A stretch of 64,000 bases of DNA from Gemmatimonadales bacterium. Its GTDB lineage: Bacteria; Gemmatimonadota; Gemmatimonadetes; Gemmatimonadales; GWC2-71-9. Below, in pieces: positions 18,781 through 31,743 of the stretch (positions within the stretch are counted from its first letter, which is position 1; each line of letters starts with the position of its first letter). Under the pieces are notes generated by a model. The model worked only from the letters and a program-made list of their open reading frames with translations. It had not been told where the DNA came from and searched no databases. Location of the stretch: positions 38,970 to 102,969 of the forward strand of contig DASPXJ010000016.1 of NCBI GenBank assembly GCA_035637355.1, written 5' to 3'. The translations under genes and the position numbers were made by a program.

Positions 18781-19575
18781 TCACAGGAAGCGTTCGGCGC
18801 CCGGCTGTGTCAGTTTGAGCGCGACGTAGACGAGGAGTACGGCGGCGAAACCGGCGATGCTCGCGAGCGCCGCGCGGCGACCGGCCCAATGGCGCACGAC
18901 GCGAACCCATACCGCCCAGCCCAGGACGACCCAGGTGAAGATGCCCCACACCACTTGCGCCTTCGCGACCTGCAGTCCGCCGGAGAAGCGCGCCCCGTAG
19001 CCCAGCGCGAGGAGCACACCCAGGGTCAAGGCCGGAAACCCGGCGACGAGCGCGAAGCGATTGAGCTGATCGAGCCGTTCGAGTGGCGGAAAGAGCTGGA
19101 ACACCTGACCGAAGCGCCGCGCCTTGAGCTCGCGGAACTGCAGCAGATAGAGCGCCGCCGCGATGAACGCGAGCGCCAGCAACGCCAGCCCGAGCACGCT
19201 CAATGCGACGTGCATCACGAACCACGCGTTGCGGCCGGCGGCAACCCCCGCACCGGGCGCCAGGCCGCTGAGGATTGCTAGGCCCACGAGGCCCGTGGCG
19301 AGGGGTCCCGCAAAGAAGGACACCGCCGAACCGCGCAGGAGTCGCTCGCTCGCGAGCTGCAGCAGCACCAGGCAGAGGGCCAGCATCGACAGCGCCGGCC
19401 CCAGCCCTACCAGCGTGAGCTGCGAGACCGCCACGACATGGACCGCCGCCCCGGCGCAGGGGAGCGCGATGGTCAGCGCGCGCGGCGCCGGCCGGAACCC
19501 CATGAACGGCGCCAGCACGAGGGCCGTCGCCAATCCGTAGAGCGCGAGAACACCGAGGTGGAGGGTGACGATCAC
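18781..19575 (-). CDS. Cytochrome c assembly (CcsA/HemX-like) integral membrane protein
   Basis: About 8 hydrophobic segments. The position immediately upstream of hemA is typical of hemX/ccsA-like genes. Confidence 0.7.
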   Translation of the reverse strand: MIVTLHLGVLALYGLATALVLAPFMGFRPAPRALTIALPCAGAAVHVVAVSQLTLVGLGPALSMLALCLVLLQLASERLLRGSAVSFFAGPLATGLVGLAILSGLAPGAGVAAGRNAWFVMHVALSVLGLALLALAFIAAALYLLQFRELKARRFGQVFQLFPPLERLDQLNRFALVAGFPALTLGVLLALGYGARFSGGLQVAKAQVVWGIFTWVVLGWAVWVRVVRHWAGRRAALASIAGFAAVLLVYVALKLTQPGAERFL

Positions 19576-19591
19576 AGCTGAAACTTGCTAC

Positions 19592-19620
19592 GGAGGGGCT
19601 CACACTGGTGAGCCCCCTCC
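19592..19620 (-). other. GC-rich stem-loop between the LysM gene stop and the ccsA-like start
   Basis: ggaggggctcac / gtgagccccctcc gives 12 bp with one bulged C and a 4-nt loop. There is no clear T-tract and only 17 nt to the next start, so an intercistronic structure is more likely than a full terminator. Confidence 0.4.
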
Positions 19621-19625
19621 GCGCC

Positions 19626-20900
19626 TTACGAGGGCATCTTCTTGATCAGTCGTACCGGAAGACCCTGATCCAGCAACGGATGACTGATCTGCAGCAATAG
19701 ACCGGTGGCGGAATGCTCGCGCGTGTGCACGATCATCATGACGGCGCGCACCACTTCGGACCCCGCTCCAGCGTACGCCTGCGCGGGTTTGACGATCTCG
19801 AACACGTCACCAGGGGTGACGCCCTCACTGCGCCCCTTGTCGATGAAGAAATACTGCTGCGCTCCGGCGATCGGGTGCGGATCGCGCGGGACGAGCAGTT
19901 TGCCGGTGAGGCCCTGCTCGACCGGCGTGGGACGCACCTGCCCCGGGTCGCGGAACGGCTCGAGCGGCATCGCCAGCTCACCGTCGTGAATCCGGCCGTA
20001 CTGGGCGACGACCTCCGCCAGCACCTGCTGGTCCTCGACCGCGGTGATGCGGGCTATGCCGAGCGGCACCACGACGTCGCCCCACCGTCCGAACTCGACG
20101 GTCCGATCGATACGGGCAATCAGCAGCGAATCGCCGACGTGGTAGGAGGCGTTGCGCGGCGGCCGAATCGCGATTTCCTCGAAGGTCGTCGCGGACGTGC
20201 GATCGGACAAACGGGGAATCGCCGAGGTGGCGGTCCCGCCCAGGACCGTGCCCCAGGGCAGGCGCTCGCTCTCGCTCAAGAACCCGGCCGCGTAGAACTC
20301 ACCGGCGCGCAGCGGGTGGTACGGCTGATTCGTGTACGCCCGCAGCACGTCCTGGACGATCTGCCGGTTCGTGCGGCGGCGATCAAAGATCGTTTCGTTC
20401 GTTTCGATCAGCGTCGGCGGCGGCGGCTCGACGATCAGCTGTGTGGTATCGGCGGGAATCGTGTCGAGCGGCACGATCGCGGCGATCGTATCGCCGGGCG
20501 CAGCCCGCACCGTATCAGCGGCCGCCGCCGACGTGTCCTGGGGCACCGCCACGACCGTGTCGCCGCCCTGAGCGACGAGCTGCATTTCCGAGAGATTCAG
20601 GACCTCACCGGGATAGATCCAGTGCGGGTCCTCGACGACGGCGGTATTGAGACGGTAGATCTCCGGCCACAGCAGCGGATCATTGAAGTACATCTGCGCG
20701 ATGGACCATAGCGTCTCACCGCGTGAGACCGTGTGACTGGTGGGAACCTGTCCCTGGAAAGCGGCGGCCGCTTGAGTCGTGTCCTGTTGCTGCACCGCCT
20801 GCGTGGTGTCCTGCGCCGGCAGGACGCGCCACATGAGCGGCAACGCCGCCAGGGCCAGTATTACGGCGTGGTTAGAACGGCAGATCGTCGTCCTCCTCAT
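19626..20900 (-). CDS. LysM domain-containing periplasmic protein
   Basis: Signal-like N-terminus and LysM motif ...HTVSRGETLWSIAQMYFNDPLLWPEIYRLN...IYPGEVLNL. Confidence 0.8.
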   Translation of the reverse strand: MRRTTICRSNHAVILALAALPLMWRVLPAQDTTQAVQQQDTTQAAAAFQGQVPTSHTVSRGETLWSIAQMYFNDPLLWPEIYRLNTAVVEDPHWIYPGEVLNLSEMQLVAQGGDTVVAVPQDTSAAAADTVRAAPGDTIAAIVPLDTIPADTTQLIVEPPPPTLIETNETIFDRRRTNRQIVQDVLRAYTNQPYHPLRAGEFYAAGFLSESERLPWGTVLGGTATSAIPRLSDRTSATTFEEIAIRPPRNASYHVGDSLLIARIDRTVEFGRWGDVVVPLGIARITAVEDQQVLAEVVAQYGRIHDGELAMPLEPFRDPGQVRPTPVEQGLTGKLLVPRDPHPIAGAQQYFFIDKGRSEGVTPGDVFEIVKPAQAYAGAGSEVVRAVMMIVHTREHSATGLLLQISHPLLDQGLPVRLIKKMPS

Positions 20901-21342
20901 CCAGCGCCTCCGGGAACGCGTCGAGCGATTCTGGGGCTTTGCCGCCGGCTTCCGAGGCCCCCTTCACAGCCCCCGCTCCCACCGGAGCGGCTCCGCCTTT
21001 GGACCCCAGCATGATCAACTCACGCGCGATGATCTCGGTGACGTAGCGCGTCTGCTTCTCGCGATCTTCCCACGTCCGATACTCAATCCGGCCTTCGATA
21101 TAGACCTTGTCGCCCTTCTTGAGGTACTTCTCGGCGATGTCGGCCAGGCCGGATCCCTTGTTATTCCAGCAGATAACTCGGTGCCACTCCGTCTTTTCCT
21201 GCTTTTCCCCGGTGTTGCCGGTCCACTGCCTGCTGGTCGCCACCGAGAGGGTGGCCACCCGGGAGCCGTTATTCGTGCTGCGCACCTCGGGATCGGCACC
21301 CAAGTTCCCGATTATCATGACCTTATTGAGACTGCGGCTCAC
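20872..21342 (-). CDS. ssb: Single-stranded DNA-binding protein
   Basis: OB-fold ...LNKVMIIGNLGADPEVR...TEWHRVICW... and an acidic tail ...DDDLPF. GTG 21342 is preceded by GGAGG. The ORF-track start is 21417. Confidence 0.93.
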   Translation of the reverse strand: MSRSLNKVMIIGNLGADPEVRSTNNGSRVATLSVATSRQWTGNTGEKQEKTEWHRVICWNNKGSGLADIAEKYLKKGDKVYIEGRIEYRTWEDREKQTRYVTEIIARELIMLGSKGGAAPVGAGAVKGASEAGGKAPESLDAFPEALDEEDDDLPF

Positions 21343-21388
21343 AACAACCTCCAGCGATGATGCAGGTGTGGGTCCAAGGGTGCTCAAC

Positions 21389-21417
21389 ACTATATAAGTC
21401 GCAAGTCGTTCTGTCAA
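21389..21417 (-). promoter_or_regulatory. Sigma-70-type promoter upstream of ssb
   Basis: The minus strand reads TTGACA (21417-21412), a 17-nt spacer, then TATAGT (21394-21389). It lies ~45 nt upstream of the ssb GGAGG/GTG. Confidence 0.6.
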
Positions 21418-21443
21418 TCAAAGATACGCCACTTGTACCGAAG

Positions 21444-21836
21444 TTATGCATCACGTCTCAGCACGATCGCGTCCTCCACCGGCCGCCGGTAATACTGCTT
21501 CCGGCGCCCCACCTCCCGAAACTCCTGCGCAGCATACAGCGCGCGCGCCGGAGCGTTCGATTCCCGGACCTCTAGATACACCTGGCGGACCCCGCGTGCC
21601 ACCAACGCCTCGAGGATCTCCTCGACCAGCGCCCGTCCCAAACCGTTACGCCGGCCCGCAGGCGCGACGGCGAGGTTCAGGATCTCACCTTCGTCCGCCG
21701 CGTCGAGCGCGACAACGTACCCGGCGATCGTGTCGCCGGTCTCAGCGACCAGAAAGAGGGCGTCGGAAGCGACGCAGTCCGAGAAATCCTGCGTGGACCA
21801 CGGATCGGCAAACACTCCTTGCTCGATCGCGTGCAC
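21444..21836 (-). CDS. rimI: Ribosomal-protein-alanine N-acetyltransferase (GNAT)
   Basis: ...ILNLAVAPAGRRNGLGRALV... acetyl-CoA motif, after tsaB as in many genomes. The first usable start is GTG 21836. The conserved N-terminal residues upstream have no canonical start. Confidence 0.8.
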   Translation of the reverse strand: MHAIEQGVFADPWSTQDFSDCVASDALFLVAETGDTIAGYVVALDAADEGEILNLAVAPAGRRNGLGRALVEEILEALVARGVRQVYLEVRESNAPARALYAAQEFREVGRRKQYYRRPVEDAIVLRRDA

Positions 21837-21855
21837 GGCGGGTACGTCGGCGAGC

Positions 21856-22554
21856 TTAGCGGGACGAATGCGGAAGGGGGCGCCCGTGGCGGCTCTCCCA
21901 TTTCAGCTGAGCTTCGGCAGGACGGCCGTAGACAGGTTCGGCGGTGGCCGGATACCCCACGAGCGGAGCCAAGCCGAGCAGTCCGCAAGCAGCTCCGCGC
22001 AGCGACTCGCTCCCCACCGGAGGTCTGCCGATCCAATCCTCGATCTCCCGAGCGTACCTCCCGGCACTCTCATCGAGGCATGCGAGTGTCGGAATAGCGG
22101 GAGCGATCTGGACGAGCTCCGCTATGGTGAAAACCCCCGGGGCAACGAGCGTCTCGAGCCCGCCGGCGGGAAATGCATAAATCGCACCGAACACTTGTCC
22201 GCGCAACGCATCGAAGCAGACAAGTACGGGATTCGGCTTATCCGCGGCGTTGTCATACGCGACGGCATGCAGCGTCGGCACCGCGAGGACTGGGAGCTGA
22301 TGCTGGTGGGCGAGGCCTTTGGCAGCCGCCCATGCGATCCGCAGTCCCGTGAAGCTGCCGGGCCCATCGCCTACCACAATGCCCTCGAGCTCGTCGACGC
22401 GTGTGTCGCCGAGCACCTGCGCGATCATCGGGACGATTTGCGCGGCATGTTGCCGGGCGCCGCTGGAGTGGCTGCCCCCGCCGGCTCTCCAGGTGCCGAG
22501 CGCAACGCTCGCGACGTCCGTGGTGGTGTCGATGGCGAGCCACGGCTTGCTCAC
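21856..22554 (-). CDS. tsaB: tRNA t6A37 biosynthesis protein TsaB
   Basis: N-terminus ...WLAIDTTTDVASVALG... and ...VVGDGPGSFTGLRI.... GTG 22554 overlaps the tsaE TGA (GTGA). Confidence 0.88.
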   Translation of the reverse strand: MSKPWLAIDTTTDVASVALGTWRAGGGSHSSGARQHAAQIVPMIAQVLGDTRVDELEGIVVGDGPGSFTGLRIAWAAAKGLAHQHQLPVLAVPTLHAVAYDNAADKPNPVLVCFDALRGQVFGAIYAFPAGGLETLVAPGVFTIAELVQIAPAIPTLACLDESAGRYAREIEDWIGRPPVGSESLRGAACGLLGLAPLVGYPATAEPVYGRPAEAQLKWESRHGRPLPHSSR

Positions 22555-22926
22555 ACACCCGCCGTTTCTTCCACCATCCGTCGCGACGGGTCGACGTCGT
22601 AGGATAGTTGGAAATGCCGATCGAGCGGCGGCGCCCATGTTCCCGCGCGCTCCGGCCATTCGATGAGGATGATCGCGCGCTCGCGCGTCATGTCGTCGAA
22701 ACCGAGGTCGCGCGCTTCATCGGGGTGGCGCAGGCGATAGCAGTCGACGTGGTAGACCGGCGTTACGCCTGTGTCGTAGTGATGGACGAGGGCGTAGGTG
22801 GGACTCGTCGCGCGGGCGCGCGCTCCCAGGCCACGACAGATGGCCTGGACCAGCGTCGTCTTCCCGGTTCCCAGCTCTCCCGACAAGCCGATGACGGCAG
22901 GAGCGGTGAGCTGGGCGCCGAGCTCC

Positions 22927-24930
<2,004 letters not shown>

Positions 24931-24941
24931 AGGAAAGAAAC

Positions 24942-27125
24942 CTAACCGACGACGACTTCAGCGGGACCGCTCGAGTCCCGCCGTGCAATCTCCGTCACAC
25001 CCTTCACTTTGCGGACCGCCTTGAGGACCTTGTGCAGGTGGGTGTGGTTTTCGACCTCGACCAGCACCGACCCGAAGACGACGCCGTCTTTGGAGGCCAG
25101 CTCCGCACTGCGGATATTGGTGCCGGTGCCGCTGATGGCCTCGCAGATGTCGGCGTAGAGGCCGCGACGGTCCTCGCCGCTGACCGCCAGGCGCACCACG
25201 AACGTCTCACCCTCCACCTCACGCCAGTCGATCTCCACCCGACGCTCTTCATCGCCCGAGAGCGTGAGCAGGTTGGGGCAGTCATTGCGGTGGATCGAGA
25301 TGCCGCGCCCTTGCGTGACGTACCCCACCACCGGATCTCCCGGGACGGGCTGGCAGCATTGCGCGTAGCGCACCATCAACCCCTCGACGCCGTGAATCTT
25401 GATGCCCCGGCCCAGGCGCAGGCGCTCGATGACCCGCCCGAACGCCGTCGGCTTGGGGGAGTGCTGCTCGTCCGCAGGTACGTCGGGATACAGCGCGTTG
25501 ATCACCTGGCCGATCTGCACGTCTCCCCGGCCGATCGCCGTCTCCACCTGCTCGGCGGCGCCGAGTCCCAGCTTCTGCGCGGCCTGCTCCAGCTGGTCTG
25601 GTGTGGGCGAATCGAGCCGCCGGCGGCGCACCTCACGCGCCAGGATTTCCCGTCCCAGCGTCACGCTGCGCTCCTGCTCCTCCTGCTTGATCCACTGCCG
25701 GATCTTCTGGCGGGCGCGGCCCGTCTGGACGTGCGCCAGCCAGTCGCGGGACGGCTTCGCCTGCGGTGACGTGAGGACCTCGATCGTGTCGCCGTTGCGC
25801 AGCGCGCGGTGCAGCGGCGCGATGCGGCCATTCACCCGCGCCCCGTTGCAATGCTGACCGACCTCGGTGTGCACCATGAAGGCGAAATCGATCGGCGTCG
25901 CGCCCTTGGGCAGCCGCTTCACGTCACCGCGCGGCGTGAACACGAAGATCTCGTCCTGATAGAGGTCGATCTTCAGGAACTCGAGAAACTCCTCCGGACT
26001 GTGCGCATCCTGCTGCAGCTCGATGAGCTGGCGGAACCACGACAGATGGTGATCGAGCTCGTCGGCACCCTTGCCGTTCTCCTTGTACAGCCAGTGCGCC
26101 GCGATACCGTACTCCGCCGTGCGGTGCATGTCGCGGGTGCGGATCTGGATCTCGTACAGCTGTCCGGCCGGCCCGAACACCGTGGTGTGCAGGGACTGAT
26201 AGCCGTTCGACTTGGGGCTCGCGATGTAGTCCTTGATCCGCTCCTGCAGCGGCGTCCACGTGTGGTGGATGATGCCCAGCACGTGGTAGCAGTCGGTGAT
26301 GCTGTTGACGAGCACCCGGACCGCCAGCAGGTCGTAGATCTCGTCGAACGGCTTGCCGCGCTTCTTCATCTTCTTGAAGATCGACCAGAGGTTCTTGGGC
26401 CGGCCGACGATTTCCCAGCCCGCGATGCCGGCGCGGCGCAGCTCGTCGGACAGCGGCACGCGCATCCGCTCGATGGTCCGGTCCCGCTCCACCCGCTTCG
26501 CCTTGACGTGCCGCGACAGCTGTTTGTAGTCGTCCGGCTCGAGATACTTGAACGACAGATCCTCGAGCTCCGCCTTCACGCCGGCCATGCCGAAGCGATG
26601 CGCCAGCGGCGCGTACAGCTCGCGCGTCTCCAGCGCAATGCGCTTGCGCTTCTCCGGCGGCAACGGATCGAGCGTGCGCATGTTGTGCAGCCGGTCGGCG
26701 AGCTTGATGATGATCACGCGCGCGTCCCGTGCGACCGACATCAGCAGCTTGCGGTAGTTCTCGGCCTGCTCCTCGGCGGTCGAACGGAACGTGAGCGTCG
26801 AAATCTTGGTGAGGCCGTCCACCAGATCGGCGACTTCGTTGCCGAAGTCCTTGCGCAGCAGCTCGAGCGTGACGTCGGAATCCTCCACCACGTCGTGCAG
26901 CAGCGCGGCGGCGATCGTCGTCGTATCCATCTGCTGCTCGGCGAGAATCGTCGCGACGGCGACGCTGTGCGACACGAAGTCGTCGCCCGACATGCGCTTC
27001 TGGCCCTGATGCGCCTGGGCGCTGATGCGGTAGGCGCGCGACAACACGTCGAGGTCGAGCCGGTCGCGCTGCGCCGCGACGGCCTTCGCCAGCTCGGGTG
27101 CGAGGATGGGGACCGTACTCGTCAC
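24942..27125 (-). CDS. relA: Bifunctional (p)ppGpp synthetase/hydrolase (RelA/SpoT homologue)
   Basis: HD domain ...[10 protein letters not shown]...LLHDVVEDS.... Synthetase ...YQSLHTTV.... TGS and ACT-like C-terminus. GTG 27125 overlaps the radC TGA. Confidence 0.95.
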   Translation of the reverse strand: MTSTVPILAPELAKAVAAQRDRLDLDVLSRAYRISAQAHQGQKRMSGDDFVSHSVAVATILAEQQMDTTTIAAALLHDVVEDSDVTLELLRKDFGNEVADLVDGLTKISTLTFRSTAEEQAENYRKLLMSVARDARVIIIKLADRLHNMRTLDPLPPEKRKRIALETRELYAPLAHRFGMAGVKAELEDLSFKYLEPDDYKQLSRHVKAKRVERDRTIERMRVPLSDELRRAGIAGWEIVGRPKNLWSIFKKMKKRGKPFDEIYDLLAVRVLVNSITDCYHVLGIIHHTWTPLQERIKDYIASPKSNGYQSLHTTVFGPAGQLYEIQIRTRDMHRTAEYGIAAHWLYKENGKGADELDHHLSWFRQLIELQQDAHSPEEFLEFLKIDLYQDEIFVFTPRGDVKRLPKGATPIDFAFMVHTEVGQHCNGARVNGRIAPLHRALRNGDTIEVLTSPQAKPSRDWLAHVQTGRARQKIRQWIKQEEQERSVTLGREILAREVRRRRLDSPTPDQLEQAAQKLGLGAAEQVETAIGRGDVQIGQVINALYPDVPADEQHSPKPTAFGRVIERLRLGRGIKIHGVEGLMVRYAQCCQPVPGDPVVGYVTQGRGISIHRNDCPNLLTLSGDEERRVEIDWREVEGETFVVRLAVSGEDRRGLYADICEAISGTGTNIRSAELASKDGVVFGSVLVEVENHTHLHKVLKAVRKVKGVTEIARRDSSGPAEVVVG

Positions 27126-27805
27126 AGCAGCCCTGCCTCCGCGAAACTCACGTACCGCTCTCCTCCGATCACCACATGGTCGTACACCGGCACATCCAGC
27201 ACGCGCCCCGCATCGACCAACTGGCGCGTCACCGCGCGATCGTCCGCCGAGGGTGTCGGATCGCCACTCGGATGATTGTGCACCACGATAATCCCCGCCG
27301 CCGCCTCTGCGATCGCCGCGCGGAACACCTCGCGCGGGTGCACCAATGAGCTGTTCAGAATGCCCCGCGTGATGAGCAGATCGGCCAGGATCTGGCTCTG
27401 GCTACCGAGCGCGAGGACATGGAACTCTTCCACCGCGAGGTCGCGCAGCCGCAGCCCGTAATAGCGCTGGACATCGCCGGGTCCCCGGATCCGTTCGGGC
27501 GGCGGCTCCGCCTCAGCCCCCACGCGCCGCCCCAGCTCGATCGCCGCCGCCACCCGGGCGGCCTTGGCCCGTCCCACACCGGGTATGCGCGCCAACTCCG
27601 CCCAGGGCCGGGTGGCCAGTCGCCTGAGGGAGCCGTCTCCCCGGGCGAGGATCTCGGCGGCCACGGCCAGGGCATCCTGTCCACGTGTCCCCGTTCCTAG
27701 GAGAATGGCCAAGAGCTCCTGCCCCGTCAACGCGGCGGGGCCGACAGCCCAGAAACGCTCGCGCGGACGGTCGCGTTCGAGGTGCTCGGAAAGGCGCAGC
27801 GGCAT
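27122..27805 (-). CDS. radC: RadC-family JAB-domain protein
   Basis: ...ELLAILLGTG..., helix-hairpin-helix ...IPGVGRAKA..., JAMM ...HNHPSGDPTPSADD.... The start is placed at ATG 27805; the ORF track runs to 27847. Confidence 0.88.
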   Translation of the reverse strand: MPLRLSEHLERDRPRERFWAVGPAALTGQELLAILLGTGTRGQDALAVAAEILARGDGSLRRLATRPWAELARIPGVGRAKAARVAAAIELGRRVGAEAEPPPERIRGPGDVQRYYGLRLRDLAVEEFHVLALGSQSQILADLLITRGILNSSLVHPREVFRAAIAEAAAGIIVVHNHPSGDPTPSADDRAVTRQLVDAGRVLDVPVYDHVVIGGERYVSFAEAGLL

Positions 27806-27856
27806 GGGGGCGAAGCTAACCCCATGCCGCTGAGACCCTCGTACCATCCGAGCGCG

Positions 27857-30800
27857 TTACAGGGCTGCTCCGTGGCATTTCTTGAACTTCTTGCCACTGC
27901 CGCAGGGACAGGGATCGTTGCGGCCGACGCCGGCGTAAGGATTGGCGGCAAACGCGGGCTCGGCCACGCCCCTACCTCGCTGCGCCGACGGCGGCGGCTC
28001 GGCGGCCGTTACGAGGCCATCGGCCGCAGGTTTCGACGCGACCATCGGCGTTTCGCGCCGGCGGGCGCCCGGCAGCCCACCCGCCGGGCCCGTGACCCCG
28101 CGGCTCGGCGGGCGCTGACCGCCCTGACCGGGCGGAGGACCGATCTCGATCTGCAGCTTGAGCCACCGCTCGGCAAACGTCGTTTGCAGATCGTGCATCA
28201 GCCCGACGAACATCTCGTACGCTTCCTGTTTGTACTCGACGAGCGGGTCCTTCTGTCCCCACGCCCGGTAGTAGATGCCTTCCCGCAGCTGATCGAGATC
28301 GTAGAGATGATCTTTCCACTTCTCGTCGATCACGCCGAGCGTGACGTGTGACAGCGCCTGCTCGGCCAGCTTGGATGCGCCGGCCTTCGCCTCTACGTCG
28401 CGCAGGTACGCGAGCTTCTCCTGGAACGCCGTGCGGCCGGCCTCCTGCGCGGCCCGCACCAGCTCATCGCGAGTCCTGACCTTCGCAGGATCGGTCACAC
28501 CAGGAATCGACACCATGAATTTCTGCAGCAGCTCCGTCTCGATCAGCGCGCGGTCCCACTGCCCCGGATCGTCGTAGTCGGCGATCAGGCCGTCGGCGAG
28601 CTGCTCCATCGCGCTGTCGATCATCCGCTGCGCCTCGGCCTTCAGCTCCTCCCCACCTTCGAGCGCGTACAATCGCTGTGAGTAGATCACTTCCCGTTGC
28701 TTGTTCATCACGTCGTCGAACTGCAGCAGCTTCTTGCGCGCCTGGAAATTCTGGAGCTCGACGCGCTTCTGGGCCTGGCCGATCGCCGCCGTCACCCAGG
28801 GGTGCGTGATGACCTCGCCCTCCTCGGCCCCGGTGCGATCCATGATGCGCGCGATACGGTCGGAGCCGAAGAGACGCATCAGGTCGTCTTCGAGCGACAT
28901 GTAGAAGACGCTCTGCCCCGGATCACCCTGACGTCCGGACCGGCCCCGCAGCTGACGGTCGATGCGGCGCGCCTCGTGGCGCTCCGTGCCGATGATGACG
29001 AGGCCGCAGGGCGGATCCTCGTTGCACTTGAGCTCCTTGATCTGCGGGGGAGTCAGGTCGGGCTTCTCCAGCAGCTGGCCGAACGGCGCCTCGCGCGACT
29101 TGATCCCGCATACCTGACACTTCTTGACGCCGGGCCCGAGTTTGATGTCGGTGCCGCGGCCGGCCATGTTCGTCGCGATCGTGATCGAGCCGGGTTGTCC
29201 CGCCTGCGCGACAATCTCGGCTTCGCGCTCGTGGTACTTCGCGTTCAGGACTTCGTGCTTGAGCCCGCGCCGCTTCAGCAAACGGGCCAGTGTCTCCGAG
29301 ACCTCGACGTTGGTCGTTCCGACCAGCACCGGCAGGCCGCGCTTATGTTGGCGCTCGACCTCTTCCATGATCGCGTCGTACTTCTCTTTGCGCGTCTTGT
29401 AGACGAGGTCGTGCTTGTCCACGCGCCGGACCGGCCGGTTCGTGGGAATGACCACGACGTTGAGTTTGTAGATGTCGTGAAACTCTGTCTCTTCCGTCTC
29501 CGCGGTGCCCGTCATGCCCGCGAGCTTCTCGTACATCCGGAAATAGTTCTGGATCGTGATCGTGGCGAGGGTCTGTGACTCTTCGCGTACCGCCACACTT
29601 TCCTTTGCCTCGACCGCCTGGTGCAGGCCGTCCGACCAGCGCCGCCCGGGCATGAGCCGGCCGGTGAACTCGTCCACGATGAAGACCTGGCCGTCCTGCA
29701 CCACGTACTCCACGTCCTTCTCGTAGAGCGCATGGGCCTGGAGCAACTTGTGGATGATGTGCAGCGTCTCGCTCTTCGCCGCATACTCGGCCTCGACCGC
29801 GCGCCGTCGCTCGATCTTCTCCGCGGGCGAGAGATCGGAATCGTGCTCCAGCTCGTGCACCGCGTGCGAGATGTCCGGGACGACGAACAGCGTCGGATCC
29901 TGCGGCGACATCGTCTCCACGCCTTTGTCGGTCAGGTGCACCGAGCGGCCGCGCTCGTCCATCACGAAATACAGATCGTCTTCGATGTCCCGCATCTTCT
30001 GATCGCGGGCGGGGAGCTTGCGGTCGGCCAGCCGATCCAGCTCGACGCGCTGCACGAGCTGCTTCACACCCTGCTCGTTGAGCAGCTTGAGGAGCTTCTT
30101 GTTCTTGGGCATGCCGAGCTGCGCCTTGTAGAGCAGCTTGGCGCCCTCGTAGTTCGTATCTTCACTCGCCAGCAGCGGCTCGCCGCGCGCGACGAGATCG
30201 TTCGCAATCGCGGTCTGCCGGCGGACGAGCTGCACGACCTGGGCGTTGTACTGCGCGTATTTCTCGTCCGATTCGGTGCCTACGGCGCCGGAGATGATGA
30301 GGGGCGTGCGGGCCTCGTCGATCAGAATCGAATCGACCTCGTCGATGATCGCGTAGACGTGCCCACGCTGCACCCGCTGCTCCAGCGTCCCTACCATGTT
30401 GTCGCGCAGGTAATCGAATCCGAACTCGTTATTGGTGCCGTACGTGATGTCGCAGGAGTAGGCCGTCCGGCGCTCCGGACTGCCGGGCTGTGTGTCATCG
30501 ATGCATCCCACCGTCAGGCCGAGCCAGGTGAACAGATGGCCCATCCACTGCGAGTCACGCCGGGCGAGGTAGTTGTTGACCGTGACCAGGTGCGCGCCGC
30601 GGCCGGCGAGCGCGTTGAGATAGAGCGGCAACGTCGCGACGAGCGTCTTGCCCTCGCCCGTCGCCATCTCGGCGATCTTGCCCTGATGCAACACGATCCC
30701 GCCGATCAGCTGCACATCGTAGGGGACCATGTCCCACTTCATCGCGTGGCCGGTGACCATGACCTCGCTGCCGAGCAGGCGGCGCGATGCTTCACGCACC

Positions 30801-31138
30801 GTCGCGAACGCCTCGGGGAGCAGATCGTCGAGCGTGTGCTGCAGCTCCGTAGCGAAGTTCTGCTCCGCCGTGCGCAGCTGGTCGTTCAGATTGGCGCGTT
30901 CGACGGGATCGGGACAGTCGTGCTTCGCCTGCTTCAGGCGTTCGACTTCACTGTGCCGCTCACCCGTGCGCTGCGCGATCACCTCGCGGAACCTGCCGGT
31001 CTGCGCCTGCAGCTCGCTGTTCCCGATGTCCTTGAGGCGCACTTCGTGCTCGAGAATCGCATCCACGATCGGTTGGATACGCTTCAGCTCGCGGTTGAAC
31101 CGCGTCCCGAAGATCTTGGTGAACCACCGATTGGCCAT
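27857..31138 (-). CDS. secA: Preprotein translocase ATPase SecA
   Basis: ...[14 protein letters not shown]..., DEAD-like ...[21 protein letters not shown]..., and C-terminal zinc motif ...[14 protein letters not shown]. Confidence 0.97.
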   Translation of the reverse strand: MANRWFTKIFGTRFNRELKRIQPIVDAILEHEVRLKDIGNSELQAQTGRFREVIAQRTGERHSEVERLKQAKHDCPDPVERANLNDQLRTAEQNFATELQHTLDDLLPEAFATVREASRRLLGSEVMVTGHAMKWDMVPYDVQLIGGIVLHQGKIAEMATGEGKTLVATLPLYLNALAGRGAHLVTVNNYLARRDSQWMGHLFTWLGLTVGCIDDTQPGSPERRTAYSCDITYGTNNEFGFDYLRDNMVGTLEQRVQRGHVYAIIDEVDSILIDEARTPLIISGAVGTESDEKYAQYNAQVVQLVRRQTAIANDLVARGEPLLASEDTNYEGAKLLYKAQLGMPKNKKLLKLLNEQGVKQLVQRVELDRLADRKLPARDQKMRDIEDDLYFVMDERGRSVHLTDKGVETMSPQDPTLFVVPDISHAVHELEHDSDLSPAEKIERRRAVEAEYAAKSETLHIIHKLLQAHALYEKDVEYVVQDGQVFIVDEFTGRLMPGRRWSDGLHQAVEAKESVAVREESQTLATITIQNYFRMYEKLAGMTGTAETEETEFHDIYKLNVVVIPTNRPVRRVDKHDLVYKTRKEKYDAIMEEVERQHKRGLPVLVGTTNVEVSETLARLLKRRGLKHEVLNAKYHEREAEIVAQAGQPGSITIATNMAGRGTDIKLGPGVKKCQVCGIKSREAPFGQLLEKPDLTPPQIKELKCNEDPPCGLVIIGTERHEARRIDRQLRGRSGRQGDPGQSVFYMSLEDDLMRLFGSDRIARIMDRTGAEEGEVITHPWVTAAIGQAQKRVELQNFQARKKLLQFDDVMNKQREVIYSQRLYALEGGEELKAEAQRMIDSAMEQLADGLIADYDDPGQWDRALIETELLQKFMVSIPGVTDPAKVRTRDELVRAAQEAGRTAFQEKLAYLRDVEAKAGASKLAEQALSHVTLGVIDEKWKDHLYDLDQLREGIYYRAWGQKDPLVEYKQEAYEMFVGLMHDLQTTFAERWLKLQIEIGPPPGQGGQRPPSRGVTGPAGGLPGARRRETPMVASKPAADGLVTAAEPPPSAQRGRGVAEPAFAANPYAGVGRNDPCPCGSGKKFKKCHGAAL

Positions 31139-31144
31139 TACACC

Positions 31145-31738
31145 CTACCGATAAAGCCCGTGGGCGGCGATGTACTCGCGCACCGCGTCGGGCACTAAAT
31201 ATCGAATGGAACGCCCCTGCTTGACGCGCTCACGCACCTGCGTGGCGGAGAGGTCGATCGAGGGCACAGGGATAACCCGCTTGATGAGCGGATGACGCAC
31301 CACACTGGCGCCGGGCCTGGCGAAGACGACGATGTCGGCAAGTTCCGGAAGCGCTTCGACTTCCCACCACTCCGCGAGATCGTGGGCGGCATCCGCCCCC
31401 AGCAATAACGTGAACCGGTTCCCCCGCTCCCGCTCCCGCAACGCCCGCAGCGTCCGGACGGTATACGAGGGCCTCGGCAGGCCCAGCTCGACCCGCTCCA
31501 CCCCGAACCGGGAGTTCCCAGCGACCGCCAGATCCAGCATTTCGGCCCGCTGCTCCGGCGTCGCCTCATGGCCGGCGCGAGCCCCGCCCTTGAGGGGTTG
31601 CTCGCGGGCCGGGAGAAAGCGCACGGCGCAGCTCAGTGCATCCGCCGCCGCCTCCGCCACGATCAAATGTGCCACATGCACGGGGTCAAACGAGCCCCCG
31701 AACAGCGCCTCCCCCCCGCCCCCGCTCCCCCCGGGCAC
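31145..31738 (-). CDS. nadD: Nicotinate-nucleotide adenylyltransferase
   Basis: ...FGGSFDPVHVAHL... (H/T-x-G-H class) and C-terminal ...ISATQVRE.... Confidence 0.88.
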   Translation of the reverse strand: MPGGSGGGGEALFGGSFDPVHVAHLIVAEAAADALSCAVRFLPAREQPLKGGARAGHEATPEQRAEMLDLAVAGNSRFGVERVELGLPRPSYTVRTLRALRERERGNRFTLLLGADAAHDLAEWWEVEALPELADIVVFARPGASVVRHPLIKRVIPVPSIDLSATQVRERVKQGRSIRYLVPDAVREYIAAHGLYR

Positions 31739-31743
31739 GCCGC

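Noticed and set aside
17504-19603. ORF-track N-terminal extensions that look like fusions: hemA 699 aa, ugd 623 aa (36088..37959), rmd-like 475 aa (45590..47017), hutI 490 aa, hutU 623 aa, wbpE-like 452 aa and bamD 333 aa.
   Set aside because: The extensions are Arg-rich and overlap the real upstream gene out of frame. In each case a start codon sits in an NTGA overlap or after an SD at the point where family-conserved sequence begins.
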